Virus record (IMG/VR): IMGVR_UViG_3300042445_001485
Strand: one strand, 5' to 3'
Length of the DNA stretch: 64,000 nt
Source of the DNA: a virus
Taxonomy: Duplodnaviria > Caudoviricetes
A program made the translations under genes and the position numbers. Of the stretch, positions 35,777 through 45,444 are shown piece after piece (the first letter of the stretch is position 1; each line of letters opens with the position of its first letter). Under the pieces are notes generated by a model. It was not told where the DNA came from. It did no database searches and saw only the letters and a list, made by a program, of their open reading frames with translations.

Positions 35777-37033
35777 TTACTCTATTATGCCAAAGTTAGC
35801 CCAGCGAGCTTGCCCTAAACTAACCCACCCAAGCGGGCCACCAATGCTGGGATTACTGTTGAACACAATTGATCCTTTTTCGGTATCGTTATTGGGTGGA
35901 GTAGGCGATGTGCTAATACTAGTTGTTCCTAGTTGTAGTCGTGGAATAGTCACAGATCCATCGGTGTTCAACAACAAGTTAGATTTACCATTGGTCCCGA
36001 TGACCAATAACTGGTCTCTATTAGACCATATCTGTGCTACCCCTTGTTGTCGTTTGCCAATGTTAATATCAATTTCTTCTTCCCATATAGTCAGAGCACT
36101 ACTTGGTTCCATTGTATTAACACCCACTCGTTTACTTCCAGTATACAAAGTATTATATATTAAGGTTTCACCACGAACCATAAGTTCATGTAACACGCCA
36201 ACTTTTTGTAAATTACTTTCTATTATAGCATTGTCTAGTCTGTTACCAACTACTAGATCAACACCGTTTAATTTTATTTGATTAAGATCAAGTCCGTTGG
36301 CATCTATTTCGTTATATAAATGCTTACTAAATTTTGTAAACAGTTCGTCGTTTAATTCTTCTTGTACTTGCTTTTTAGCGGCACTAACCACAGTGACAAA
36401 ACCCGGACTGGTTTCTACTATAGTTCCGTTTAAAGATAAATTACCTTCAAATATGGTATTACCTTTAACAATTAGATCTTTAGTTAATAAATTATTTTCA
36501 ATTACTGTGACATCATCCATGATGGTAACACGACAACCGGTTGCTTTGTCATCTATGCCTGTGCTACCAAACTCTGTAATGATGCCGCCTTTGACTGTAT
36601 CTCCGCTGATTGTACCTACTTGTTTAATTGCGGTACTGTTGATACTTTCGTTGGGGAATGTAAAATCTTTTAATTTACTGTCGATAATGGATGTTAATGC
36701 AGAAGCAATAGCTCCATTAAAATCTATACTGCTGATTCTAGCTGTTATTGCTTCATTAACCAATCTCGACGCGGTATTGGAGATATTATCTACAATGGCC
36801 TTTGTTGATGCGGCAAGTTGTTTATCAATTTCACCCAACTTTGGTTTATATTGTACCGCGGCAACTCGGGCCTCAGCCTTTGCGGCTTCATCCACCCGTG
36901 CGGCAACATTTATTGCATCAAGTTGTCTATTGATTGTATCTTGTAGACTGTTATTGACTTTAGCTGATACTTCTTTAAGTATCTGTTGCGAAAGATTGTC
37001 AACTAAGCCAGATAGTATATTGTTAGATTCCAT
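35777..37033 (-). CDS. hypothetical protein (coiled-coil N-terminus, beta-rich C-terminus; possibly structural)
   Basis: 418-aa ORF. Confidence 0.75.
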   Translation of the reverse strand: MESNNILSGLVDNLSQQILKEVSAKVNNSLQDTINRQLDAINVAARVDEAAKAEARVAAVQYKPKLGEIDKQLAASTKAIVDNISNTASRLVNEAITARISSIDFNGAIASALTSIIDSKLKDFTFPNESINSTAIKQVGTISGDTVKGGIITEFGSTGIDDKATGCRVTIMDDVTVIENNLLTKDLIVKGNTIFEGNLSLNGTIVETSPGFVTVVSAAKKQVQEELNDELFTKFSKHLYNEIDANGLDLNQIKLNGVDLVVGNRLDNAIIESNLQKVGVLHELMVRGETLIYNTLYTGSKRVGVNTMEPSSALTIWEEEIDINIGKRQQGVAQIWSNRDQLLVIGTNGKSNLLLNTDGSVTIPRLQLGTTSISTSPTPPNNDTEKGSIVFNSNPSIGGPLGWVSLGQARWANFGIIE

Positions 37034-37766
37034 CGAATGTTATTGAAATTACATGCTCATAATTTCGCTTGACCAAGCTCTTGTACATAAGATTTTTATG
37101 AACTAAAAAGTTACTTGCTCCTGAGTCTAAGCTGAATTTGGCTAATTGTTTGAAATACATAGTTCTGCGACTAAAAGGTCCGTGTGTTGTTAACTCATTT
37201 ATAGATTGATCAATTTCGTATACTGCTGTTTTCCATGACGCACGATCTTTAAGGTCCCAATCGTGACTTTCTATGTAGGTAGTTTTAGACAGCCCCGATC
37301 TTACCAAAACTGGTTGACTGTATTCACGGTCTTTGTAGTCTTGATTTTTATAATCCTTTAAAGTACTTATTAAAAATTCTCGGGCCAGGCTACAAAATAA
37401 TTTAATTTGGTGTTGCTGTTCTGCATCCGATTGAGCAAATGTAAAATACTCATCTAGTGCCACCACAACATCAAATCCTTTTTGATATTTGTGTAGATCT
37501 ACATAATCTATGTATCTAAATTTAACTCCGCGGTCTGTCAATGATTTTTGCGCCTCGGAACTAATTTCAGTGACTGCAATATCGCCAACAGTGGATGCAA
37601 TAATAGCTGGATTGTATCCAACAAACAAAATTGAATCAGGTGCCAGATTGTAAAAATCGTACACTCCGATTATAATTTCGTTTTTCTTGTTTATAACATC
37701 TTGTGCATGAGAGTTGCGATTAAATGCAGATAAGATACTGTCTGTATAGCTGTCAAATTCGGTCAT
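37023..37766 (-). CDS. hypothetical protein, degenerate methyltransferase-like fold
   Basis: SILFVG...FDVVVA pattern; TAAATA upstream. Confidence 0.55.
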   Translation of the reverse strand: MTEFDSYTDSILSAFNRNSHAQDVINKKNEIIIGVYDFYNLAPDSILFVGYNPAIIASTVGDIAVTEISSEAQKSLTDRGVKFRYIDYVDLHKYQKGFDVVVALDEYFTFAQSDAEQQHQIKLFCSLAREFLISTLKDYKNQDYKDREYSQPVLVRSGLSKTTYIESHDWDLKDRASWKTAVYEIDQSINELTTHGPFSRRTMYFKQLAKFSLDSGASNFLVHKNLMYKSLVKRNYEHVISITFDGI

Positions 37767-37787
37767 AGTTTTATTCTAATAATGCTA

Positions 37788-38708
37788 TTATTTAGCGACC
37801 CGAACCAAATCCAATGTAACACAATGAAACCCACCTCCCAGTGTACGACTGTGGCGTAGCTCCAAGGGAATGACTGTAAATTTATAACTCTCAAGAGACT
37901 TGATCAATTCTGTTTGATGTCGATCTACAATAACTGTATGTTGATCTACCACCAGCATGTTCATGGCAATCCACTTGCTGGCATAGGGATATTGATAGAA
38001 GTCTTGTGTCACCACATCATTGATCCATATCTTGTGCCATCCATCAAATGCACGGGGTACGGTGTCTGCGGTGACACGACTTCCGTTCAGCATTACCAGA
38101 CCTGGTCTCAAGGGAACTATGGTGCTGTCAATGTGTACTCCACTGTAGAAGTTACATAATTCGATGCTGGTGGTTGGGGGCAAGTTGGCCAATAGCCAAT
38201 AGTATGCCAGCCGATTGCCACTGGCACTTTCTAAGTACAGTAATTTATTCTCACCCAGTCGTAATATATTGGCCGCATCCAACACAAGTCCTTGATCTCT
38301 AGGCATGTGTAAGACCCGAGCATCTCGAAGTATGTCGTGATAACATTGTAGTTCCATATCCCTGCAGGGATACATCATTGGTGTGTCCACTACTGTATCA
38401 CCTAGCACTAATAATCTATCTCGGGGGCAGTAGTTATACATGCCATCGTGAGTTTGAAAGTTTAACGGGTCAGGTCGTACGACTTCAACACCCAGACTTG
38501 TCAATGTCGTGGCCAGTGTATCTAAGTCTTCGTTAGTTTCTTCTATTATGCGTTGTGGGACAGGGCCTCGTGGCACCGGAGTTTCTTTCCAAGTGGTCTT
38601 TTCGCTCTCTTTGTTAAAAACAGGATCGTTAACTGGCCAATTGGCATCGGTAGCATCACCAACTACAACTCTTTTTAAACTATCCCATTCATTCCATGTT
38701 GATATCAT
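37788..38708 (-). CDS. amidinotransferase (glycine / inosamine-phosphate amidinotransferase family)
   Basis: NEWDSLKRVVVG, YCPRD, HIDST, GGGFHCVTLD (catalytic Cys). Confidence 0.92.
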   Translation of the reverse strand: MISTWNEWDSLKRVVVGDATDANWPVNDPVFNKESEKTTWKETPVPRGPVPQRIIEETNEDLDTLATTLTSLGVEVVRPDPLNFQTHDGMYNYCPRDRLLVLGDTVVDTPMMYPCRDMELQCYHDILRDARVLHMPRDQGLVLDAANILRLGENKLLYLESASGNRLAYYWLLANLPPTTSIELCNFYSGVHIDSTIVPLRPGLVMLNGSRVTADTVPRAFDGWHKIWINDVVTQDFYQYPYASKWIAMNMLVVDQHTVIVDRHQTELIKSLESYKFTVIPLELRHSRTLGGGFHCVTLDLVRVAK

Positions 38709-39223
38709 ACATGCCCTGTAATTTGTAATGTGTAGCGCGGTTCCAATCCCATGTTGGCTGCCATATGTGGCGCATCATAACTCCACTCATTGGCCCAGCC
38801 TGCTGTCCAACCGACAAAAGGTTGATCATTATACTCAGCATAATGCCCAGGCTTCCAATCTTCTAAGAACACAACGGTACGCCGTATGGTCTGCTCTTGC
38901 CCTCGAAGTTTAAAAATATCAATATACCTCGTATACAAGTCACTGTGTGTGGGCAATATGGTTCCAGGCATCATTCTGTAGTAACTGGTGCCAACATCTT
39001 GCCAACCCAATTGTTCAAATATATTGACGAATTGTCGATTCCAGGTGGGCTGTACACTACGCATGTCACACATATCACCAGTGAACTTGTTTGCAAAACC
39101 TGATTCCGTCCAACGCTTCAAATTTTCATCGTCATTGAATGATTCATTGACATATGGTAACGACTTAAACTCGTCGTCCCAAAATTTGGGAATCTTATAC
39201 TTGGTTATTGCGTGTGTTACCAT
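38705..39223 (-). CDS. 2OG-Fe(II) / AspH-like oxygenase
   Basis: PGTILPTHSD ... PHMAANMG...RYTLQITG. Confidence 0.75.
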   Translation of the reverse strand: MVTHAITKYKIPKFWDDEFKSLPYVNESFNDDENLKRWTESGFANKFTGDMCDMRSVQPTWNRQFVNIFEQLGWQDVGTSYYRMMPGTILPTHSDLYTRYIDIFKLRGQEQTIRRTVVFLEDWKPGHYAEYNDQPFVGWTAGWANEWSYDAPHMAANMGLEPRYTLQITGHV

Positions 39224-40436
39224 AATGTATTACCTTAATATCGGGGTTAGTCGTCTTGTATGTTCGCCACGGATCAATGATTGTGCTACCTGATCCTATT
39301 TCACAGTACAGCGGTTGTTCAACAATATTGCCACTATAGCCATAAGTGATCTGCTGATTATGTGCCAACAAGAATACACCAATTGCAAATTGTAATTGTG
39401 TATCTTCGGCCAACGGATCAATGTAGTAAGGTTTGATACCCATTTCTTCTAGATAGTATCCCACTAGCAAACTGTAACTTCCTTCAGTATAGGCCACATT
39501 AGGTTTATATGCTTTGCCGTGAATGTAAACCGATTTATCAAGTCCCTGCTCAACAGCAACATCACGAATAAACCTTGCCATATTTTTGGCCTGTTGTTCT
39601 CTTGCTTTCATTATAGCATCAAATAAGTCATAACCCAAATCTAATTCTTCCGCAAGATAGCGCAAGGCAATATTATCCCTGGGATGACAAGGACCTGCAT
39701 CGCCCAAACCTGCAGTCATGTATTTTGGTCCCATAATACGCATTTTGCTATTGGCCAGGGCATTGGTAACTACATCTACATCGATGTTGCCTTGCTTCAT
39801 TGCTACATCTTGTATCATGTTGGCTAGTCCAAGTTTGGCACTGATAAATGTATTATAAAATACCTTGATACACTCAGCCTCATCCCAGGTGCCAACTTCG
39901 TATCGTGGATCATTTTGCATTATGGTTTTGTAAAATGTAATTAATTCTCGAGCATCGCCTGTTTCACTGCCGTCTTCTGTGCCAATAATAACCATTTCTG
40001 GATTGACCATATCCCACTCCACTGAGCCCATGGCAATTAAGTACGGATTGTAAATGAAACGAGCATTGGTAATGTTGGGTCTTAGTAGTCTACGGGTAGT
40101 ACCGGGCAGTACTGTACTAATTAACACAACCAATTGATCGGGTTGTGCCCAAGCATCAACATCTTTTAACACCTGTGTGACTTTTGTGTAGTCAAAATCT
40201 TTGTTCTTCAAGTGTGTGATAGGTTGTTCGCCTCCGTAAACAGGATCGTGCGGAGTTTGTACAGCAATAAAGATTATGTCTTGATTGACCACTGCACCAC
40301 GCAGGCTATCGGATATTCTAATCTTGTCACTTTTTCGTGGATAAATATCATACCCAGTAACTTCATGCTGAGTAGCCATTACTTCGGCGCACGACATTCC
40401 CAATTTGCCTATTCCAATAAATCCTATTTTCATCAA
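39195..40436 (-). CDS. ugd: UDP-glucose/GDP-mannose 6-dehydrogenase
   Basis: GIGKLG, IAVQTP, ISTVLPGT, KVFYN, GDAGPCHPRD. Confidence 0.93.
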   Translation of the reverse strand: MMKIGFIGIGKLGMSCAEVMATQHEVTGYDIYPRKSDKIRISDSLRGAVVNQDIIFIAVQTPHDPVYGGEQPITHLKNKDFDYTKVTQVLKDVDAWAQPDQLVVLISTVLPGTTRRLLRPNITNARFIYNPYLIAMGSVEWDMVNPEMVIIGTEDGSETGDARELITFYKTIMQNDPRYEVGTWDEAECIKVFYNTFISAKLGLANMIQDVAMKQGNIDVDVVTNALANSKMRIMGPKYMTAGLGDAGPCHPRDNIALRYLAEELDLGYDLFDAIMKAREQQAKNMARFIRDVAVEQGLDKSVYIHGKAYKPNVAYTEGSYSLLVGYYLEEMGIKPYYIDPLAEDTQLQFAIGVFLLAHNQQITYGYSGNIVEQPLYCEIGSGSTIIDPWRTYKTTNPDIKVIHYGNTRNNQV

Positions 40437-41572
40437 TGAGTTCCTTTAATTTCGTTAGTTTTACCAATTGGTATCGAATTTTACATAGATACTTTTTTTC
40501 TAATTTAGATTTTGATCTGCACTATGTATCATCAATGCTGGATGAATCACCTTATTATCATATTTCATCCGATGGTACTAAAATAGATAACAGCAAACAT
40601 AGTATCTTGTTTTTTGACCAAGAACCTATTCACCCAGAGTTAATTCATTATGTCAGATCTGCGGCCGATTGGTATTTTACCCCAGGACGGCGTTTTTTTG
40701 TAACCAGTGAAAAGTCTAACACAGTTGATCGATATACACATGGCATGAATGCCCAAAGTATTTATTATTTCTTTCATGCCATTGCGGCAAATGAGTGGTA
40801 TCACCAATACAGATGGCGCAAACCTGTTTATAAAGATCATCAGCACCTGTATATAAGCTACAATAATCTAGTTAATCCTTACAGAGCGCATCGCATTGAT
40901 TTGCTGTGTAGATTATACAGCAAAAATCTAATAGATCAAGGGCTTGTTAGTTTTAATTCGCCCGGACAGAAATACCTGGCAAAGATAGTGGACGAATGCA
41001 CTTGGTATAGCACAAAGTCTCGAGACCTATTTCAACAACACACACATCAATTAACTAATAGAACTATCGACACAGACTCAATCGATGGCTTTCTAAGTGC
41101 CACCATTGATGTAGATCATTCAACTCAGTGCTTGCTTCAGATTGTAACCGAAACAGATTTTTACAAAGATAAATTGCATTTAACTGAAAAAGTATTTAAA
41201 CCTATAGTGAGCGGACAACCGTTTATGTTATTGGCAGGTCGAGGAAATTTAGCATACTTGCGTGAATATGGTTTTAAAACATTTGATGATTACTGGGATG
41301 AATCATATGATGACATATCTGATCCTGGTGACAGAGTGGGTGCTGTGGTAAATCAGCTAGAGCGACTTGCCAATTTGAGTCACACCCAACAACAATCAAT
41401 GCGACAAGATATGCAACATATCGTAGAACATAATTTTAATCACTTGTTCTTTGATCTAAGACTGTGCGTAGTAGCAGAACTTACAAACAACATAGCACAG
41501 GCATTGAAATTGCAAGATATTGCCTACAATCCTGCAGATTTACGCGAGCTTTACCGCCAGCTGGTCAATTAG
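40436..41572 (+). CDS. glycosyltransferase-like protein (GT10-like motif, tentative)
   Basis: IVTET...LTEKVFKP...GFKTFDDYWDESYD; paralogue of 31945-33042. Confidence 0.6.
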   Translation: MSSFNFVSFTNWYRILHRYFFSNLDFDLHYVSSMLDESPYYHISSDGTKIDNSKHSILFFDQEPIHPELIHYVRSAADWYFTPGRRFFVTSEKSNTVDRYTHGMNAQSIYYFFHAIAANEWYHQYRWRKPVYKDHQHLYISYNNLVNPYRAHRIDLLCRLYSKNLIDQGLVSFNSPGQKYLAKIVDECTWYSTKSRDLFQQHTHQLTNRTIDTDSIDGFLSATIDVDHSTQCLLQIVTETDFYKDKLHLTEKVFKPIVSGQPFMLLAGRGNLAYLREYGFKTFDDYWDESYDDISDPGDRVGAVVNQLERLANLSHTQQQSMRQDMQHIVEHNFNHLFFDLRLCVVAELTNNIAQALKLQDIAYNPADLRELYRQLVN

Positions 41573-42356
41573 TATTGTAGATAAACTCAGCCTCGGGTAT
41601 GCGAGTTCGCCCGTCTTTACTGCCCAACACAACAACACGGCGTAATCCTCGTTCTGTTTCTACAGTTAAAACAATGCACCCACCGGCAGCATTTGTGGTT
41701 CCTGTTTTACTTACTATGAACTTATGTTTATGTCCTATTAGGGGATTGGTCTGTTTGAATACTAGCCACTTCTTTTTGTTTTTTATTGTAACCTTAGTCT
41801 TGCCGGCGGCACCAACAATTAAGTAATTTTTTTCGGCTATAGTTAATAGCTTTAACAGGTCTTCGGCTGTGCTGACATTACCAGACGATAAACCCGATGC
41901 ATCTGCAAATCGAGTATTTTCTAATCCGTATTTAATTGCCAGGTCGTTCATTGCTTCTATGCATTTTTTATAACCGCCCAAGTAGTTGTTACACAACACA
42001 TCTGCGGCATGATTGTCACTGCGTACCAATGTTATTTCTATCAACTCCTGCCTTGTTAGTCGAAGTTTTTTATTGTAAGTCAGATGTTGATCCATTAAAG
42101 GACGAGATTCCATTACAGCCAATACAGTCATAATTTTGGTAATACTACCAATGGAACGAACTGTTGTGGTATCTTTACTGGCCAAGATTCGATTGTCGGC
42201 ATCGGCCACAAGCCAGCTTTGTGCAGTGAGATCATTGGTATCAGTGATCAATTTGGCTGTTGCTGTGGTTGCCAAGGAAACAACCACCCATGTGATCCAT
42301 TTCTTCAGCAATGTTAAATTTCCAATTGGTCTATATTTTTTCTTATGTGATCCCAA
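41565..42356 (-). CDS. D-alanyl-D-alanine carboxypeptidase/endopeptidase (peptidase S11); true start probably about 42310
   Basis: SxxK (SITK), SxN (SDN) and KTG motifs; N-terminal signal. Confidence 0.92.
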   Translation of the reverse strand: MGSHKKKYRPIGNLTLLKKWITWVVVSLATTATAKLITDTNDLTAQSWLVADADNRILASKDTTTVRSIGSITKIMTVLAVMESRPLMDQHLTYNKKLRLTRQELIEITLVRSDNHAADVLCNNYLGGYKKCIEAMNDLAIKYGLENTRFADASGLSSGNVSTAEDLLKLLTIAEKNYLIVGAAGKTKVTIKNKKKWLVFKQTNPLIGHKHKFIVSKTGTTNAAGGCIVLTVETERGLRRVVVLGSKDGRTRIPEAEFIYNTN

Positions 42357-43021
42357 ACACCTGTGGGATTACCATCTTCGAATGTAATAGTAGTGCCAAC
42401 CACATATCTGAAGCCGTCGCCCTGTATAACATGGTGAGCCAACTCTGTTCTTACCAGGGCACTGGGGCATGTAGTAACCGATGAAAATGCAGGTTTGGGT
42501 ATGTTATCCCAGGAGATCTTGCCTTGATGTAGATCTTCTACAAAATCAGCTATGCCTTTGACCCGAATAGGACCTGGGCGCAATGCCAAAGTAATTTTTA
42601 CATCATCTTCACTCCACCAACGAATTGCACCCGGACCGTCGCATAGTTCATAAAACGACATCCTTGCTTCTAATGTTGATACAGTATTGTTCAATCGATC
42701 TTGTTCGGTGAAGTATCCATCTTTGTGTACTGTCCATCCTGTTTGGTTTTTGTTACTTACAAAAGATGTCAAGTTGCGGCACACCAGGCCAATCGGGTTG
42801 AGAAATTTGTTACAGATTGCCAATGTTTTTTGCCACTGTGCTGGGTTTGCAGGCAATACCACATGTCCAACTTTTATATATCCATACTGTTCTCTTAGCT
42901 GGGCAACCGTGGTGTTAATTGCTAGTTCGCGTTCTTCAGGATCAATTCGAAACTGTAACGGTATAAAGTAATCTAAATTGCGTTTAGGCAACTGTGTAAA
43001 ATCATAATCTATGTTGAGCAT
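42314..43021 (-). CDS. HxD...H cupin-like protein, tandem copy 2
   Basis: WTVHKD ... AHHV; TAAATA-N4-ATG. Confidence 0.75.
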   Translation of the reverse strand: MLNIDYDFTQLPKRNLDYFIPLQFRIDPEERELAINTTVAQLREQYGYIKVGHVVLPANPAQWQKTLAICNKFLNPIGLVCRNLTSFVSNKNQTGWTVHKDGYFTEQDRLNNTVSTLEARMSFYELCDGPGAIRWWSEDDVKITLALRPGPIRVKGIADFVEDLHQGKISWDNIPKPAFSSVTTCPSALVRTELAHHVIQGDGFRYVVGTTITFEDGNPTGVWDHIRKNIDQLEI

Positions 43022-43040
43022 TGAATATTTAGTGATAAGG

Positions 43041-43760
43041 CTAAACTGCCAATTGGTCTATATTTTTTATAATATGGTCCCATACCCCAATTGGATTACC
43101 ATCATCAAATGTAATAGTGAATCCAACAACATATCTAAAACCATCACCTTGTATAACATGATGTGCTAAATTTGTTCTTACTAATGCACTGGGACATGTG
43201 GTCACTGATGAAAATGCAGGTGCTGGTATTTCATTCCAGGAGATCTTGCCTTGCTGTAGATCTTCTACAAAATCGGCATTGCCTTTGACTCGTCTTGGGC
43301 CAATCATTAACCCAGAGTTCACTTCTAGATTAATTTTCACATCATCCTCACTCCACCAACGAATTGCACCCGGGGCTGTAGATAGTCCATAAAATGATAT
43401 CCTTGCCTCCAACGATGAAATTGTGTTGTTTAATCGATCATCATTGGTAAAGTATCCATCTTTGTGTACATTCCAGGCTGTTTGATTTTTGTTGCTGACA
43501 AAGACTGTCACATACCGACTTGCAAGTCCAATTGGATTAAGAAATTTGTTGCAAATTGCAAGGGTTTGGGTCCAGTCGGCCATATTGCCAGCTGACCCAT
43601 AATGACCAGTTTTCTTATGACCTTGGCTTGCTATTGCCCGAGGGACTGTGGTGTTGACTGCTGTGGCATACTCTGCGGGATCTGGCTGCAGATCCATTGG
43701 TATAAAGTAATCTAAATTGCGTTTAGGCAACTCTGTAAAATCATAATCTATGTTGAGCAT
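43041..43760 (-). CDS. HxD...H cupin-like protein, tandem copy 1
   Basis: WNVHKD ... AHHV; TAAATA-N4-ATG. Confidence 0.75.
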   Translation of the reverse strand: MLNIDYDFTELPKRNLDYFIPMDLQPDPAEYATAVNTTVPRAIASQGHKKTGHYGSAGNMADWTQTLAICNKFLNPIGLASRYVTVFVSNKNQTAWNVHKDGYFTNDDRLNNTISSLEARISFYGLSTAPGAIRWWSEDDVKINLEVNSGLMIGPRRVKGNADFVEDLQQGKISWNEIPAPAFSSVTTCPSALVRTNLAHHVIQGDGFRYVVGFTITFDDGNPIGVWDHIIKNIDQLAV

Positions 43761-44401
43761 TGAATATTTAGTTGTTGTACAAAGTCTAAAAGTAATGCGT
43801 GATGTTGCCCATTATGATATCGGTCTCGCATCCATGAGTAACTGTCATACCAAAATTCTTCGCTTTCAGGATGGCAACCAATCAAACCGATATTGTTTTG
43901 TATGATGGCCATGCTGTCACCGTTGGCGTAGGTGGCAATGGTTTTAAATCGTCTATGATCTCCGGTCAAGGTACATCCATCATACCAAAACATATTGATA
44001 GGTTGTCCTTGCCAGGTGATGGGCATGTTCTTGGCATGTGGTCTACGAGTGTCTGAGCCTGGGCGTTTTAAATACTGCACAGCATCAACACCGTCTAAGA
44101 TATCAAGGTAATAACTACCGGCCCAGTATGCACCCATACATATACCCAAATATCTACCACCCTGTTTGACAAATTTTTTCACAGCCGACATGTTGTGTTT
44201 GAACCCAACATCAAAACTGGCTGCGTCTCCAAATCCCCCCGGAACTGCAACTATATCAACATCATCAAAGAAGTTATCTTCAATTTTGTTCTTGCTAAAG
44301 ATTTTGAAATTATAATGATTTTGTAAGGCTCGGATTATGCCATTACCCGACTGTACAGAGCATTTTGGATCATACAAAAATAACGCAATGGTGGGTTTCA
44401 T
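43748..44401 (-). CDS. BPL-N-like class I glutamine amidotransferase-fold protein
   Basis: VPGG, GGRYLGICMGAY (nucleophile Cys), GCHPE. Confidence 0.85.
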   Translation of the reverse strand: MKPTIALFLYDPKCSVQSGNGIIRALQNHYNFKIFSKNKIEDNFFDDVDIVAVPGGFGDAASFDVGFKHNMSAVKKFVKQGGRYLGICMGAYWAGSYYLDILDGVDAVQYLKRPGSDTRRPHAKNMPITWQGQPINMFWYDGCTLTGDHRRFKTIATYANGDSMAIIQNNIGLIGCHPESEEFWYDSYSWMRDRYHNGQHHALLLDFVQQLNIQCST

Positions 44402-44433
44402 GTTTGAATATCAGTGTTTCTGTATTTAGTCAT

Positions 44434-44460
44434 AAAAAAACGGGCCTAAGCCCGTTTCTT
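44434..44460 (-). terminator. intrinsic terminator
   Basis: Minus strand aaacgggc-ttag-gcccgttttttt. Confidence 0.85.
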
Positions 44461-44472
44461 CAATAAGCCATA

Positions 44473-45429
44473 TTAGGCTTGCTTACGGATAGCATCAACC
44501 AATCCTGGTGTGAACATGTCACGGAACTGATCATAAACTACAGCAGTTTGTGCTTTGGCCCAAGCCAATTCTTCTGTGCTCAAAGGTTGAATCTTTGCAC
44601 CTTCGGCAGTTAGCTTTTGCTTGGCAATTTCGCCATCACGGATTGTTTCTAAACGCTCTTCACGCCCGGCTTCAATTGCGGCCTGCTTGATAACAGCCTT
44701 GACCGCAGGGCTCAGACTTTCCCAGAAACGGTCACCAATGATCATAGTGGTCAAGAACAAACTGTGTTCTGTGTCTAACACAGTCTTGGTAACAGCATTT
44801 TGACCCAATGGGTAAATACGTGGATAATTAGTTTCTGCACCTTCACAGTTACCAGCTGTCATGTTGTCTACGATTTCTTCTAGTTCGCAAACAAATGGGT
44901 TCAATCCCAATGCACGGTAAGTTGCTTGTGCGACTGGGTTACGGTTGCTACGCTGTGTAGTTCCAGCCAACTCTGCCAGTGTACTGACTTCTTTGTTGGA
45001 AATCATTTGACGGAAACCACCCGAGTATGTGTAGCTCAAGCCACGAACATTGCTCTTTTCTTTCAATTTGGCCAACAAGCCTTCGCCAACTTCGCCTTCT
45101 AACACGCGAGTTGCGTGGTCATGACCTGCAAAGATGTATGGCAAATCAAATGCCAACATGTCTTGCTCATAGTGTTCAGCCAACCATGTGGTGTACATTT
45201 GGCTCATTTCAATCTTGCCTTGATCCATTAGATCTAACAAGTCGTGTTTTGTAACCAAGACGCCATCGTTATACTTGTGACTGTATTCAGTCAAAGTCAT
45301 GATTTCAACTTGAACTTTTTCGCTGTCATTGCTGATAGCGGCATTCAAGTGGTCTTGGAAGTCTTTGGCGGCACGAACAAATAGATTTAGTGGCTCGTGT
45401 GCGATTACCCAGCGGATTTTTGTAGTCAT
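44473..45429 (-). CDS. dctP: TRAP transporter DctP-family solute-binding protein, lacking a signal peptide
   Basis: FDLPYIF, GGFRQ, R-x-x-x-N-P, G-x-E-x-N-Y, HSLF; GGAG Shine-Dalgarno before ATG 45429. Confidence 0.85.
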   Translation of the reverse strand: MTTKIRWVIAHEPLNLFVRAAKDFQDHLNAAISNDSEKVQVEIMTLTEYSHKYNDGVLVTKHDLLDLMDQGKIEMSQMYTTWLAEHYEQDMLAFDLPYIFAGHDHATRVLEGEVGEGLLAKLKEKSNVRGLSYTYSGGFRQMISNKEVSTLAELAGTTQRSNRNPVAQATYRALGLNPFVCELEEIVDNMTAGNCEGAETNYPRIYPLGQNAVTKTVLDTEHSLFLTTMIIGDRFWESLSPAVKAVIKQAAIEAGREERLETIRDGEIAKQKLTAEGAKIQPLSTEELAWAKAQTAVVYDQFRDMFTPGLVDAIRKQA

Positions 45430-45444
45430 ATATGGTTTCTCCAT

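Noticed and set aside
36297-37046. 249-aa plus-strand ORF
   Set aside because: It lies entirely antisense to 35777-37033; the Ser/Leu-rich composition is typical of a shadow frame.
42314-43770. Tandem near-identical genes as a diversity-generating retroelement TR/VR pair
   Set aside because: Both copies are full ORFs with their own promoters, differences are not confined to adenines, and no reverse transcriptase is in the window.
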